48,727 nucleotides of DNA, from positions 1-48,727 of the IMG/VR virus record IMGVR_UViG_3300032272_000021. One strand, 5' to 3'. Each line of letters starts with the position of its first letter. The stretch's first letter is position 1. The DNA is from a virus (Duplodnaviria; Caudoviricetes). Below are positions 16,539 through 27,045 of the stretch, one piece after another. Under the pieces are notes generated by a model. That model searched no databases. It was not told the origin of the DNA and was given only the letters and a program-made list of their open reading frames with translations. A program made the translations under genes and the position numbers.

Positions 16539-18143
16539 ATGCCTAAAATACCTATAAACGATAAGCCTACATACAATTTCTCTTCAACAGTATCATATGA
16601 GTTTGAGGACGTATTAAATTGTGTGTTTTCTTCTGTTCCTAATGTTGGTTTGGCTTTTCAAAGACGACGTGGTCTTATTGATACAAGCGGCTTTATAGAA
16701 ATAGATACTTCTATATTTGGTGTAGTGTCCAGCGTTACTCCAGCAGGTTCCTTTTACTGGAAAGCGGAGAAAAAGTTAATTTTCGCTCTAGATATTCAAG
16801 CATCTTCTGCCGCTGGTATTTATTTGTTTGTGTTTGATACAAGTTTGGGTACAGCTACATTTATTAATTCTCAACTTGGCTTAATAGGACACAATAACGA
16901 TGTATCGTTTGCTGATGGTCAGAAATTAGATGGAACTCCTGTACTTTATGCTGCTCATGGTAAAATGTTGTATACCGATGATTCTTGTGCTACATGGAGT
17001 TTCGCTGGAGCTGGTGCTCCTACTGATGCTATTAGCATAGCTTATCAAAACTTAAGATTTTTTGCTATGTCTCAAGATTCAAATAAAGTGTCTTTCACAG
17101 GAGTCAATCCAGCGACTGGTGAACTTGATCACGACTATTGGCTTGATTCAGATAGCCCACTTTCTTCTGATGCTAAAGGAGACATAGGCGTAGGGATATA
17201 CTCATTTAAAAGAGACCTTGGTGTTTGTGGCGAAGAAGCTGTTGAATTCTTTTATGATGATGGCGTAACTCCTTACTCATCAATTCAAGGGTCACTGTTA
17301 GAAGTGGGTCTACTTGCTGCTGATTCTTTGGTAACTATTGACAATGCTCTGTACGGTGTTTTTGTTGTCGATGGATTACCAGCAGTGGGGAGAATAAGAA
17401 ACAGGAACTTTGAGAATATATCAGCGCCAATCCAAGAGGTTCTTCACAGAGCTTTGCCCTCCATAACTGAACAATTTGAATCCCGCTATTTCCACGCTTA
17501 TAGTTTACCTTATAATGATACTGTTCTGTATGTCTTGGATTATGGTCTGACTTTTGGTTCTAGTATATTTGGTTTTGGTGGATTTACTTTAGTTTATGAC
17601 ATTAAAAATGATGTGTGGTCAAACTGGGTTTCTTGGGATTCAAATGACAACAAATTCACAAATCTTGTAGGAACAAATGGTGTGTTTGATCTTTCTGTTG
17701 GGGCAACTTATTTTTTAGACAAAGGGAGTAATTACAATTATTCTACCAACAGATTACCAGTGTTGGGTTTGTTAAAAGATGAAAATTCTTTAGCCCCTAC
17801 TTTACACATGGATGATTACGGCGAACCTATTAAAATGATACGTCGTACCTTATGGATGGATCATGATACATCAAAAAGAAAGAGAGTAATAAATTTCAGA
17901 TTAAAGTTAAGGCGAGGATTTTTCAGTGATGGCACTGTTAGTGTTCGTTATGCGGACAATGGTTCAGATGTCTGGTCTCCCTATATAAATATACAAACAG
18001 GTCCTATCGGAAGTAAGGAGCAATTCATTGATTTAGGTCCGATGGGTACTTATCGCTCAAGACGTTATGAAATAAGCTGTTCAGATGAAATAGATCCTGT
18101 GATCATTTATGCCGAAGAAGACATTGAGGTACTAGACTCATGA
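16539..18143 (+). CDS. Tail hub/nozzle (P22 gp10-like DNA stabilisation protein)
   Basis: Beta-propeller-like sequence, TLVYD...W, DNG..WS, LGP.G..R.R.YEI..SD C-terminus. Confidence 0.75.
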   Translation: MPKIPINDKPTYNFSSTVSYEFEDVLNCVFSSVPNVGLAFQRRRGLIDTSGFIEIDTSIFGVVSSVTPAGSFYWKAEKKLIFALDIQASSAAGIYLFVFDTSLGTATFINSQLGLIGHNNDVSFADGQKLDGTPVLYAAHGKMLYTDDSCATWSFAGAGAPTDAISIAYQNLRFFAMSQDSNKVSFTGVNPATGELDHDYWLDSDSPLSSDAKGDIGVGIYSFKRDLGVCGEEAVEFFYDDGVTPYSSIQGSLLEVGLLAADSLVTIDNALYGVFVVDGLPAVGRIRNRNFENISAPIQEVLHRALPSITEQFESRYFHAYSLPYNDTVLYVLDYGLTFGSSIFGFGGFTLVYDIKNDVWSNWVSWDSNDNKFTNLVGTNGVFDLSVGATYFLDKGSNYNYSTNRLPVLGLLKDENSLAPTLHMDDYGEPIKMIRRTLWMDHDTSKRKRVINFRLKLRRGFFSDGTVSVRYADNGSDVWSPYINIQTGPIGSKEQFIDLGPMGTYRSRRYEISCSDEIDPVIIYAEEDIEVLDS

Positions 18144-19720
18144 GCAGATTCGATATAGAACCACCTCCCAGAATTGGTGATACTGATTGGCCGATGGATG
18201 GTCCGGAGCTTGATAAGTGGTTACGTTTGTTAAGGGATTTCTTAGTAACTAGAGATGGTTTTAGTTGGAATAATTTAAACGCTTTGCTTTCTGTGACAAG
18301 AGAACCATGTGGTTTTGATCTTAATACACCGACAAGCATGGGTGATATATCTTTTGTTGATGGTACAAGAACATTTACTATTGAACCACAGGCAACTGAA
18401 GATAGCTTCTATTTTTATCAGCTAGGTGTAAAGAAAGAATTTAAAACTGCCCAGACTGTTACTATAACAGACACAGAAGGTCTGTGGTTCATTTATTATG
18501 ACGGAACAGGAACGCTTGTTTCCAGTCAAACACCTTGGACATTCGGTCAAGGATTGGTGTTCGTAGCTAATCTGTATTGGGATGCCACTAACAACACAGC
18601 AATCATATTAGGTGATGAGCGTCATGGAATGGTTATGGACTGGGCAACGCATGATTATTTCCATGACCTGTTTGGTGCGCAATGGAAGGAAGGTTTTCTT
18701 CCGTCTGTAACTATTGGTAGTGGTACGTTAGATGCTCATTGTGAGATGCAGTCAGTCAGTGCTGGGGAGTTCTATGATGAAGATATAGAGATTTCTAATC
18801 CTCAACAAACCACTTATCGTATATACTACAAAGATGGAGCCAGTGGTTATTGGAGAGCAACCACAGCTTCTGCGGCTTTGGTTGATATGGGAGTGAGCTT
18901 TCCTTACTATAATGAATGGACTGGAGCTGTTTGGCAAAGGACTGAGGTTGCCAACAACAAATACACCCTAGCTCATGTGTTTGCTGGGAACGACACAACG
19001 AATAAAGTCTATATCGTTATGGGTGAGAATGAATATCTCACACTTGCTGACGCACAAGAAGGAGCAACAACAGAGCTGGCTAATCTTGAGCTAGACGGGT
19101 TCCCTTCTGTTGAGCATGTGAGTATAGCCACGATGATTATCCATTGTAAGAGTACATACTCAAACGCTTATCAGGCTGTGGTGGACATAACTGCTGACGG
19201 CGGAGATTTTATTGACTGGCGTGGTAATCTCAAGGTGCTTGGAGCAGGGAGTGGTAGTTCTGGTAGTGCATTACCATTTATTCACCTGACTAAGTCAGCG
19301 GCTCAAAACATTGGTGGAGCTAATGGCACAAACAGCGTAATAACTTGGGATGGTACTCCAATCGCTACAGACCCAACTTTCACCCACAGCACCACAGTCA
19401 ACCCACAGCAGATAACAGTTAATGTTGATGGCAGATACTCAATTTATTATAATTGTGGAGCAACACAAGGTGGTACAGGAAGAACGACACTGATGTCTAG
19501 CATCCTTATTAATGGAGCAACTTTCAATACTTTGGGTCGTCAACGTAATTATAGTCGTGGATCATCTTACGGTGATTTATCAATAGGTATACAAACCGAG
19601 ATTGATCTACAAGCTGGGGATTACATCGAGATTGTTTCTACTGTAGATGACACTGATGCAGTTTATACCATAAACACAGTAGCCGCTGAATGTGAGTGTA
19701 TTTTAAGGAAACTGAGTTAA
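18140..19720 (+). CDS. Tail needle/fibre with C1q/TNF-like C-terminal domain
   Basis: Follows the hub; ITVNVDGRYSI...IDLQAGDYIEI. Confidence 0.65.
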   Translation: MSRFDIEPPPRIGDTDWPMDGPELDKWLRLLRDFLVTRDGFSWNNLNALLSVTREPCGFDLNTPTSMGDISFVDGTRTFTIEPQATEDSFYFYQLGVKKEFKTAQTVTITDTEGLWFIYYDGTGTLVSSQTPWTFGQGLVFVANLYWDATNNTAIILGDERHGMVMDWATHDYFHDLFGAQWKEGFLPSVTIGSGTLDAHCEMQSVSAGEFYDEDIEISNPQQTTYRIYYKDGASGYWRATTASAALVDMGVSFPYYNEWTGAVWQRTEVANNKYTLAHVFAGNDTTNKVYIVMGENEYLTLADAQEGATTELANLELDGFPSVEHVSIATMIIHCKSTYSNAYQAVVDITADGGDFIDWRGNLKVLGAGSGSSGSALPFIHLTKSAAQNIGGANGTNSVITWDGTPIATDPTFTHSTTVNPQQITVNVDGRYSIYYNCGATQGGTGRTTLMSSILINGATFNTLGRQRNYSRGSSYGDLSIGIQTEIDLQAGDYIEIVSTVDDTDAVYTINTVAAECECILRKLS

Positions 19721-19740
19721 ATAAAAAGGGCTTTACTAAA

Positions 19741-19905
19741 ATGTTCTTAAGACTTATACTTACATTAGTTATTGAGTACTCATTCAAAGAGTTTCTTGGT
19801 AAAAATTCTAAATACAAGCCTAGCCCTTTAGTCAGGGCAATATTCCTACTCATTAGTTTAGTTGCGAGCCTTGTGGCATATAACATTTTTGGATTGGGTA
19901 TATGA
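19741..19905 (+). CDS. Small membrane protein
   Basis: Hydrophobic C-terminal segment; ATGA overlap with the next gene. Confidence 0.45.
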   Translation: MFLRLILTLVIEYSFKEFLGKNSKYKPSPLVRAIFLLISLVASLVAYNIFGLGI

Positions 19906-20384
19906 ATCCTTTACAAAAAATAATCCCAGAAAAACAATTATCACTCCCTGAGTACCGTGATTGGATTATGGAGTTGCATGATCGTATGCTTGGTGTAGAA
20001 GAATCAGTTGAACGTGGTGATGAACTTAATGAGATCTTACCTGTTAAGCACACGTTCACTCCATTTTTGTACACACGTGAAATATCTATGCCAAAGGGTC
20101 AGTTGGTTATGTCACGAATACATTTATTTGAGCACCCTTTCGTTATTTCTAAAGGCGTTGTTTCTGTTTATGATGGAACTGAAGTAGTGACACTTGAAGC
20201 TCCATATCAAGGAGTTACTAAAGCAGGGACAAAGCGTATTCTTTATATTCATGAAGACACAGTATGGACAACATTTCACGCAATAGACGCTACTTCTATT
20301 GAAGAGGTAGAAAAGTCTGGTGTGATAGTGTGTGACAGATTTGAAGAGTTTGATTCTATTATTAACAAGGAGATTCCGTTATGA
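19902..20384 (+). CDS. Cupin-like phage protein preceding the ejection proteins
   Basis: HTF..LYTREISMPKG....IH..EH...SKG...GTKR...HEDTVWTTFH. Confidence 0.75.
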   Translation: MNPLQKIIPEKQLSLPEYRDWIMELHDRMLGVEESVERGDELNEILPVKHTFTPFLYTREISMPKGQLVMSRIHLFEHPFVISKGVVSVYDGTEVVTLEAPYQGVTKAGTKRILYIHEDTVWTTFHAIDATSIEEVEKSGVIVCDRFEEFDSIINKEIPL

Positions 20385-21466
20385 GTTATGCGGCAGTAGC
20401 TATAGGCGTTACTGGATTAATTTCTGCTGACCAAGCCGCTGATGCACAGTCAGATGCGGCAATGGCTGGTGCGAGTGCTTCTGATTACGCAACAAATCAG
20501 CAGATGAATTTATCTGATTATCAGATGAGTCTTCATGATCCTATGTATCAGGTTGGTCAAGATGTCATGCCACAGTATTATAGAATGCTTGGTATCACAC
20601 CAACACTTTCTGCTAGAGACCAACAAGCAATGGCAGAATACGAACGAAGGTTTGCTGATTACCAACAGAAGCATTCAGGATCAACTAATACTATGATCTC
20701 CACAGTCCCAACGTGGCAAGAATTTATTGATCAAAATCCTGATTCACGTATTGGTCAAGCTGAATACAATAAATATTATCAGCCAGGAAGACAAACTATT
20801 GAATATGGTCAGCCCCAAGGTGGGATGATGTCTCTTGAGCAGATGCAAGAACTACAGGCACTCACAGAAGGTCTTCCAGGATATGAAGAAGGAATGTACG
20901 ATGTTGATGCCGCTTTTGCTGAATCACTAGAAGCAATGGGTGGTTACACTGACGAAGAAAAGCGTATGCTGATACAAGCATATAACAGAAAGAAAATGGT
21001 TGATGGATGGGATGATACACCATATGAATACGAAATGACACCGCTTGGTCAAAGTATGACTCGTGATTTTAATAAGAGTCATGCAAAAGCGGCAGCGGCT
21101 CGTGGTATTTCTGGTATGGGTAGCACAGCAATGGGAAAAGCAGAAGGACAAGCAAACATAGCAGGTCAAGATTATATGATCCAATATAATCAAATAATGG
21201 ATGCTCTTAAAGGAGCATCTGGTGCTACTGCTTCTATGGGTACAGGAATCCAAATGGCTGGTAATGCTCTAGCTGCAAACGCCTCTAATCAGATAAACGC
21301 TTTGTCTGCGGCTGGTCAAGCAGATGCCGCTTTTTGGGCTGGTATTCCTAATGCTGTACAAGCAGGCGTTCAGTCTTACCAACAGAATAATCAACCGCAA
21401 CAGCAAACAACACAACAGCAAACAACACAACAGCCGAACGATAATTTCACTGTTGATATTTGGTAA
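20381..21466 (+). CDS. Internal virion/DNA ejection protein
   Basis: Ala/Gly/Gln-rich, hydrophobic N-terminus, AAAARG motif as in P22 gp7-like proteins. Confidence 0.7.
   Translation: MSYAAVAIGVTGLISADQAADAQSDAAMAGASASDYATNQQMNLSDYQMSLHDPMYQVGQDVMPQYYRMLGITPTLSARDQQAMAEYERRFADYQQKHSGSTNTMISTVPTWQEFIDQNPDSRIGQAEYNKYYQPGRQTIEYGQPQGGMMSLEQMQELQALTEGLPGYEEGMYDVDAAFAESLEAMGGYTDEEKRMLIQAYNRKKMVDGWDDTPYEYEMTPLGQSMTRDFNKSHAKAAAARGISGMGSTAMGKAEGQANIAGQDYMIQYNQIMDALKGASGATASMGTGIQMAGNALAANASNQINALSAAGQADAAFWAGIPNAVQAGVQSYQQNNQPQQQTTQQQTTQQPNDNFTVDIW
21398..21434 (+). repeat. 15-nt tandem repeat (QQQTT) x2.5
   Basis: caacagcaaacaaca twice plus caacagc. Confidence 0.9.
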
Positions 21467-21477
21467 AGGAGGCACTC

Positions 21478-22842
21478 ATGGCTTTAGTTGATCCGTGGAG
21501 TGGCACAAAAACAGCACTGAATAGACAGCTTGCTTTTCAAGAAAAAAGAAACGAGCAAGCACGTAGAGCTCCTTTGGAAGCTTTGGCGTTAGACTCTATG
21601 AAGCGCAAAGGGCGCATTGAAGAAATGCAAATGGCTGGTGTTGAACAAGACTTCAAAGATAACCAAGCATACAGAAAACTCAACACAGATATGTCTCCTG
21701 ATATTTCTCCACTTGACAGAACAAACAAAAGTCGAGAATTTTTTGAACAGCGTGGTAATTACGACCAAGCTGAAAAAATTGGTAGCTACCAACAATCAAA
21801 AAGAGAAGAATCTGAAAAGCGTATTGGCAAGTTGTATGAAATGTTTTTGATGGGTGGTGGCGGAGAAAAAGGACGTGAGTTTGCAAAACAGTATATCAGA
21901 TCCACAGTACCGCTTGAACAACAAGAAAAAGAATTGCAAAATTTTGAAAATCTACAGTTTGATGAGGATGGTATTACTATAGACACAGGAGACGGTAATA
22001 CTGTGCAGGTGATGTTAGAACCTGGAACTGGAAAGTTGAAGCCGATTAAAGGCGGTTCTAGTGGTGGTAGTGGAAATGTGAGTTTATCTCCTGCGGCAAT
22101 TAAGGTTCATGCGACTAACTTGCGCAAGACTGGCAAGATGGTATCTCTTGGTCGTGGCAAGGATGCCGCCGCTACGAGGATGGCTATTGCTGACGAAGCC
22201 GCTAAACAGGTTAATGATCTTGGTCAGGATGGAAGCAACATGGTCAAGGTTCAGATTGAGATTAAAGCACTACAAAAGACGGCTGAGAAAATACAGCAAC
22301 GTGCATCAAGTATGAGTGCTTTTACAAACAACATGAAGCAACAAAACGAAGAGCTTAAAAAGGTTGCCGCAAAACTTGATAGGCTTGGCTTCCGTGCTGG
22401 TAACGCCCCGATTAACTACCTTACTGAAAAGTTCAAGGGTGATGCAACATGGGGTCAGTACATTGTCCTTATTGAAGAGCTGAGTAACGAAGCGGCTCGT
22501 GTAGCTCAGAACGCTACTGAATCAGTTGCACAATTAAGCGAAGGTGCTCGTGAAAAATGGGCTGAGATGCATCCGAAGAATATGCCTATTAATGATCTGC
22601 TCCAGCTTATGGACCAAACTGTTCGTATGGGTCAGTATCGTCAAAAGTCTTGGGATAACGAACTTGAAATGACCTACAGAGCAATTGACGGTATTGATGA
22701 TAAGTATAAGAAAAAAGCGGAAAAAGCAGAAAAGTATTCTGTCGGTTCTGTGTATAAGGGTAAGACAATTACCAGAACAGGATGGGACGGAGACAAACGT
22801 GTTGTTTTACTAGACGATGGTTCAACTGCATATCCGGAGTAA
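21478..22842 (+). CDS. Internal virion/ejection protein
   Basis: SD AAGGAGG before ATG 21478; helical; position. Confidence 0.7.
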   Translation: MALVDPWSGTKTALNRQLAFQEKRNEQARRAPLEALALDSMKRKGRIEEMQMAGVEQDFKDNQAYRKLNTDMSPDISPLDRTNKSREFFEQRGNYDQAEKIGSYQQSKREESEKRIGKLYEMFLMGGGGEKGREFAKQYIRSTVPLEQQEKELQNFENLQFDEDGITIDTGDGNTVQVMLEPGTGKLKPIKGGSSGGSGNVSLSPAAIKVHATNLRKTGKMVSLGRGKDAAATRMAIADEAAKQVNDLGQDGSNMVKVQIEIKALQKTAEKIQQRASSMSAFTNNMKQQNEELKKVAAKLDRLGFRAGNAPINYLTEKFKGDATWGQYIVLIEELSNEAARVAQNATESVAQLSEGAREKWAEMHPKNMPINDLLQLMDQTVRMGQYRQKSWDNELEMTYRAIDGIDDKYKKKAEKAEKYSVGSVYKGKTITRTGWDGDKRVVLLDDGSTAYPE

Positions 22843-22845
22843 ACA

Positions 22846-25599
22846 ATGGCAATTAAATGGGACGACGAACAATCAGCGGAAATTAAGTGGGACGACGAAC
22901 AGCAGACTGAACCCACAGAACCACAGCTTCCTAAGCTGAAAGGTCCAGAGATGAAGTCAATGCACCGCCCAGAAATGGGTGACATGCCTTCTCATCGTGC
23001 TGGTGCTGATTTGCTTAGTGAAGAATACGATGAGGAAATGGCAAGGAAGCGTCAGTGGCAAGCCAAGGGTGGTTTAATCGGTGGAGTAACTGCTGGTGGT
23101 GTTGCGTCAATGACTGTACCTGCCACACTTGGTACGAGTGCTCCTAGCGTTCCTGCGGCTGGTGTCGCTGGGACAATGCTTGGTGGTGGTGCGGCTGGTG
23201 AAATGCACGACCTTGTATATGGCAAGCCTGAGGCTCCCCCTTGGTATCAAGACAAGTCGGCGCCAGTACCTGAATTTAGTGAGGAATGGGGCGGTAAGAT
23301 GTTGTCTGTTCCTCGTGCAATGGTTCATGGTGCTACCACCCCAGACAGACTAAACAAAAGCGTTGGGAACTTGATGGACGTTCCACGCATGATGATGGAC
23401 GAAGGTGCAAAACCACTCGCTAAAGCTGGTCTCGCACAATTAGCTGGTTCCGAGGAAGACGTTGAGCAAGAGCTTGGCAAGGCAAAACATTTCGGCAAAG
23501 AGTTTGTTAAATCAATGGTACGACCTATTGGCGGTCTTGGTATTCGCGAAGCAGAAATTGCTTGGGCTACAGACCCTGTCGGTAGTGCGCTCATGTCTCG
23601 TGGTGCATTTGAAACGACGAAGGCTGGAGTAGGTGCATTGGCTACAGGAAAGAATGTTACAACCAAGATTGCGGCTGAAACAGTAGGTCGTGCAAAGGGA
23701 CTACGTCCTAAAGACTTTATGGAGCGTCATTTAAAGCAAGGCCAAAATGCAAAGAACTATGACCAAAACATTAACACTGCTTTAGAAGAAGGACACACAG
23801 CGAGCGAAAGTAGTGTTGTTGCTCTTTACAATAAATTAGATACGATAAACAATGCCGCTGATATGCAGATTAAAGCGGCGGCAAAGAATGGTAAAACAAC
23901 TATTCTTGTTGAGGACGTATTAAAAATTTACGATGAGATGTACAAGAAAGCCCGTGAGCATCCAACACGTTATGAAGAAGCGAAAAAAGTTGTTGATGAC
24001 ATGCGTCAAGCATTTTTGGATCATCCTGAAATAATCAAAGACCTTAAAACAGGCAAACCTTCTGTTCCTATTGAGGTAGCACAAAATTTCAAACGTGCCT
24101 TGTATAGAGATGTTGCTGAAAACTACGGTGAGCTTGGTACGTTCCCAATTGAAGCGAGCAAAACAATGGCTCGTGGAATAAAGGAAACAATACAGGAAGC
24201 TGTTCCTGGATTGAAGGGACTACACGCACGTGAGAGCCTGTTACTTTCTTTAGAAAAAGAATTATCTAAGGCAAGCAGACGTATCAGCAAAAAAGATTTG
24301 ATTGGTATTGGTATTCCTATTAAGCTGACTGCTAGTATGATGTACAACAATAAGATGGCTCCGTTGGTCGGGATAGCACTTGGCCTGTTGGATAGTTCTA
24401 AGGTGCAGGGTCGTCTTGCAATCATGCTACAGCGAGCACAAAACAGACCACTGTTTCCTGGAGAGTTACGTGCTTATACTGCAATGATAAAGCAACAGGC
24501 TCAAAAAGAAGTTAAGGATTACGTTGAAGCAACCAAGAAGTTCATGGAAAATGAGCGTGGAGCTGTTGGTGATCAAGGTGGTCCAATTAATCTAGACAAA
24601 GTTCGCGAGCAAAAGCAGATTGGTGAGTTTCGCGATAACCTTATGGGAGAAGTCAATAATGGTGTCCAAGAAATGCAGAAACTTGCCGCAGAGCAAAACT
24701 GGGAGTTTCAACCTGGACAACGTATCGTGACACCTACTGGAAACATGTTTGAGATAAAGGGTCACATGGCAAGACCACCGAGAAAAGGACGTCCTGCTGA
24801 GTATCTGTATATTGCTGAACAACTCACAGGCCATCCAAGCCAAATTGGTTCAAGATCACATTTAATTCAAAATAGAATAGATGGACAGGCCAAACTGTAC
24901 GAAGGTCCAAAGAGCGTAGAGAAGCCAACTGATATTAAGAGGGGCTATCCAGATGTAGAAACAGCAAAAGATATGAACCGTATGGGTAATGATGCTGAGG
25001 CAGGTAATAAGTCTTTTATGGAAATGCTTGCTAAAGAAGACCCAACAGCATATCAAGAAATGCTCGGTAAGAATAAGAAACCACTTGAAGGTGATGCTTT
25101 AATGAAAGCAATGGAAGAAGCGCCAAAAGTAGAAGTGTCTACAAAAAGTAAGAACAATGCCAGTGGTCAAACCGAAGCAAGTGTAGAGGCGCTTGGTGTC
25201 CAGAAAGCGTTAAAAGCAAAAGGTCAGCGAATGGTCTTTCGTGATCAGCGTACTGGTAAGGTGCGTGAAGCAATTGGTTTGAGACCTGAAGACAATGTTG
25301 GTGCAATGAAAAAATTTGAGAACCTTGAAATTGTAGATGAAGCAGGTAACAGGGTGCAAGTTGTCGAACGTGGTAACTTGAAGCTTCGCGACATCACTGG
25401 TGTTGTGGATATGGTCAAAGACCAGATTAAAGTAGAAGGTGGTGGCAAGGCTGGTGTCGCAAAGGTGGCACTCAAGTATGGTATTCCAGCGGCAATACTC
25501 TCACAGTTCTTGCAAAGTAACGACAAAAAAGCATTTATTAGCAAAAACCCGCATTACGGGGTGCTGTTAGGCGCTATAGAGCTGTCTGACAGCATCTGA
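22846..25599 (+). CDS. Large internal virion/ejection protein
   Basis: 917 aa, duplicated IKWDDEQ at the N-terminus, last gene of the tail operon. Confidence 0.7.
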   Translation: MAIKWDDEQSAEIKWDDEQQTEPTEPQLPKLKGPEMKSMHRPEMGDMPSHRAGADLLSEEYDEEMARKRQWQAKGGLIGGVTAGGVASMTVPATLGTSAPSVPAAGVAGTMLGGGAAGEMHDLVYGKPEAPPWYQDKSAPVPEFSEEWGGKMLSVPRAMVHGATTPDRLNKSVGNLMDVPRMMMDEGAKPLAKAGLAQLAGSEEDVEQELGKAKHFGKEFVKSMVRPIGGLGIREAEIAWATDPVGSALMSRGAFETTKAGVGALATGKNVTTKIAAETVGRAKGLRPKDFMERHLKQGQNAKNYDQNINTALEEGHTASESSVVALYNKLDTINNAADMQIKAAAKNGKTTILVEDVLKIYDEMYKKAREHPTRYEEAKKVVDDMRQAFLDHPEIIKDLKTGKPSVPIEVAQNFKRALYRDVAENYGELGTFPIEASKTMARGIKETIQEAVPGLKGLHARESLLLSLEKELSKASRRISKKDLIGIGIPIKLTASMMYNNKMAPLVGIALGLLDSSKVQGRLAIMLQRAQNRPLFPGELRAYTAMIKQQAQKEVKDYVEATKKFMENERGAVGDQGGPINLDKVREQKQIGEFRDNLMGEVNNGVQEMQKLAAEQNWEFQPGQRIVTPTGNMFEIKGHMARPPRKGRPAEYLYIAEQLTGHPSQIGSRSHLIQNRIDGQAKLYEGPKSVEKPTDIKRGYPDVETAKDMNRMGNDAEAGNKSFMEMLAKEDPTAYQEMLGKNKKPLEGDALMKAMEEAPKVEVSTKSKNNASGQTEASVEALGVQKALKAKGQRMVFRDQRTGKVREAIGLRPEDNVGAMKKFENLEIVDEAGNRVQVVERGNLKLRDITGVVDMVKDQIKVEGGGKAGVAKVALKYGIPAAILSQFLQSNDKKAFISKNPHYGVLLGAIELSDSI

Positions 25600-25724
25600 C
25601 AGACTGCTCAGAGCTCTAATTAGTTGTAAGGTATGCAAAGGTATACCCCAAATTAAATCAGACGCTTAAAACAGCTAATTTTAACGGAGTTTGTATGTGT
25701 CTAACACGTAAAGGAGAAAACGAT

Positions 25725-26009
25725 ATGAGCAGGGTAATTGTCATGGTATGCGCTTCTATACCAATTATCTCTTTAGCTTATGGTGGTAGTGGGGATAATC
25801 AACTAAGTATAGACTTTCCTATTTTTCAATGGATAGTGGGAGTAGCTTTGGTCATTATTGGTTTCTTTTGTTCAAGAGCGTTAATCAATATTGAGCGTCT
25901 GTTTGAAAAGTCAAACAAAATAAATGTTCGTCTTGCACGTTTAGAAACCGCACACAGGTTACATCACAGAGACAACCTTTTACAAGAAGAGGAGGAAGAA
26001 AATGTTTGA
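25725..26009 (+). CDS. Membrane protein of the lysis region
   Basis: SD AAGGAG; two hydrophobic segments plus a coiled-coil tail. Confidence 0.65.
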   Translation: MSRVIVMVCASIPIISLAYGGSGDNQLSIDFPIFQWIVGVALVIIGFFCSRALINIERLFEKSNKINVRLARLETAHRLHHRDNLLQEEEEENV

Positions 26010-26133
26010 ACTATTAAAAGAAATGTGGGCGATTTATCCGGTTAAAACTTTCTGTTGGCATGTTGTATGGATCTTTCTTGGTTTTTGTGCTGGTAGTTAT
26101 GCTGTATACTCTGCACTTGGTCAGGTAGGTTGA
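26002..26133 (+). CDS. 43-aa single-TM protein (absent from the ORF track)
   Basis: SD GAGGAGG; MFELLKEMWAIYPVKTFCWHVVWIFLGFCAGSYAVYSALGQVG*. Confidence 0.55.
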   Translation: MFELLKEMWAIYPVKTFCWHVVWIFLGFCAGSYAVYSALGQVG

Positions 26134-26134
26134 T

Positions 26135-26620
26135 ATGGTTGCCGAAAGTATCATTGGCGGAGTAGTCGGTGGTATTTTTAGACTAGCTCCAGAAGTCCTT
26201 AACTGGTTTGACCGTAAAGATGCCCGTAAGCACGAACTTGAGATGCAGGAGAAAGCATACAAGTTCGAAGAGCTACGGGGTAGTCAACGTATGGCTGAAA
26301 TGGAACATGAAACACAGCAAATACTTGATAGCGGTGGACTAGATGCGCTTAAAGAAGCGATTAAGGCACAAGCGGTAATGACAGGAATCAAGTGGGTGGA
26401 TGCTGTGAACAGCACAGTGCGACCGTTTTTGACTTATTGGTGGTGTGTATTCCTTTTCACAGCCGCCAAAACATGCCAGTTTATAGCACTTCTTGATAAC
26501 GGCTTTACGAAAGTACAAGCTGTCAACATCCTTTGGACTCCTAATGAAATGGCTATTGTTGCTGGAATCATCAACTTTTGGTTCCTCGACAGAGTAATTA
26601 GGAAGAACAAAGGGCTATGA
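26135..26620 (+). CDS. Putative holin (GTA/3TM-like)
   Basis: WVDAVNSTVRPFLTY and IINFWFLDR motifs; directly upstream of the lysozyme. Confidence 0.65.
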   Translation: MVAESIIGGVVGGIFRLAPEVLNWFDRKDARKHELEMQEKAYKFEELRGSQRMAEMEHETQQILDSGGLDALKEAIKAQAVMTGIKWVDAVNSTVRPFLTYWWCVFLFTAAKTCQFIALLDNGFTKVQAVNILWTPNEMAIVAGIINFWFLDRVIRKNKGL

Positions 26621-27045
26621 TTCCTGATATAGCCGTTAATTTGGCAAAACATTTTGAAGGTTTCTCTACGACTCCGTACTTGTGTCCTGCCAATTTCTGG
26701 ACGATTGGTTATGGTCATTTGTGTGATAAAGACCATCCAGAGATTACGCTCGAGCAAGGAGAAGCCTATCTACGTGCTGACATGCAAGATGCCTATGATG
26801 CTGTCGTACGCTATTGTCCAGTGTTGCTTGAAGAAAGCGACGCTCGTTTGGGCGCTATTGTTGATTTTACTTTCAACCTTGGCGGTGGTCGGTTACAAAC
26901 TTCTACTTTAAGGAGACGGATCAATGACAAACTTTGGGATGAGGCAACTTATGAACTTAAACGATGGATCTACGGTGGCGGCAGAATTTTACCAGGACTC
27001 GTGCGGCGCAGGGAATGGGAAGCGTTGTTCATGTACTTGGGATAA
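26617..27045 (+). CDS. Endolysin, GH24 phage lysozyme
   Basis: FEGF...PYLCPA..WTIGYGH catalytic motif; FTFNLG; LPGLVRRR. Confidence 0.95.
   Translation: MIPDIAVNLAKHFEGFSTTPYLCPANFWTIGYGHLCDKDHPEITLEQGEAYLRADMQDAYDAVVRYCPVLLEESDARLGAIVDFTFNLGGGRLQTSTLRRRINDKLWDEATYELKRWIYGGGRILPGLVRRREWEALFMYLG

Noticed and set aside
9835-19720. Diversity-generating retroelement or invertible tail-fibre system
   Set aside because: No reverse transcriptase, invertase or adenine-mismatched TR/VR pair seen
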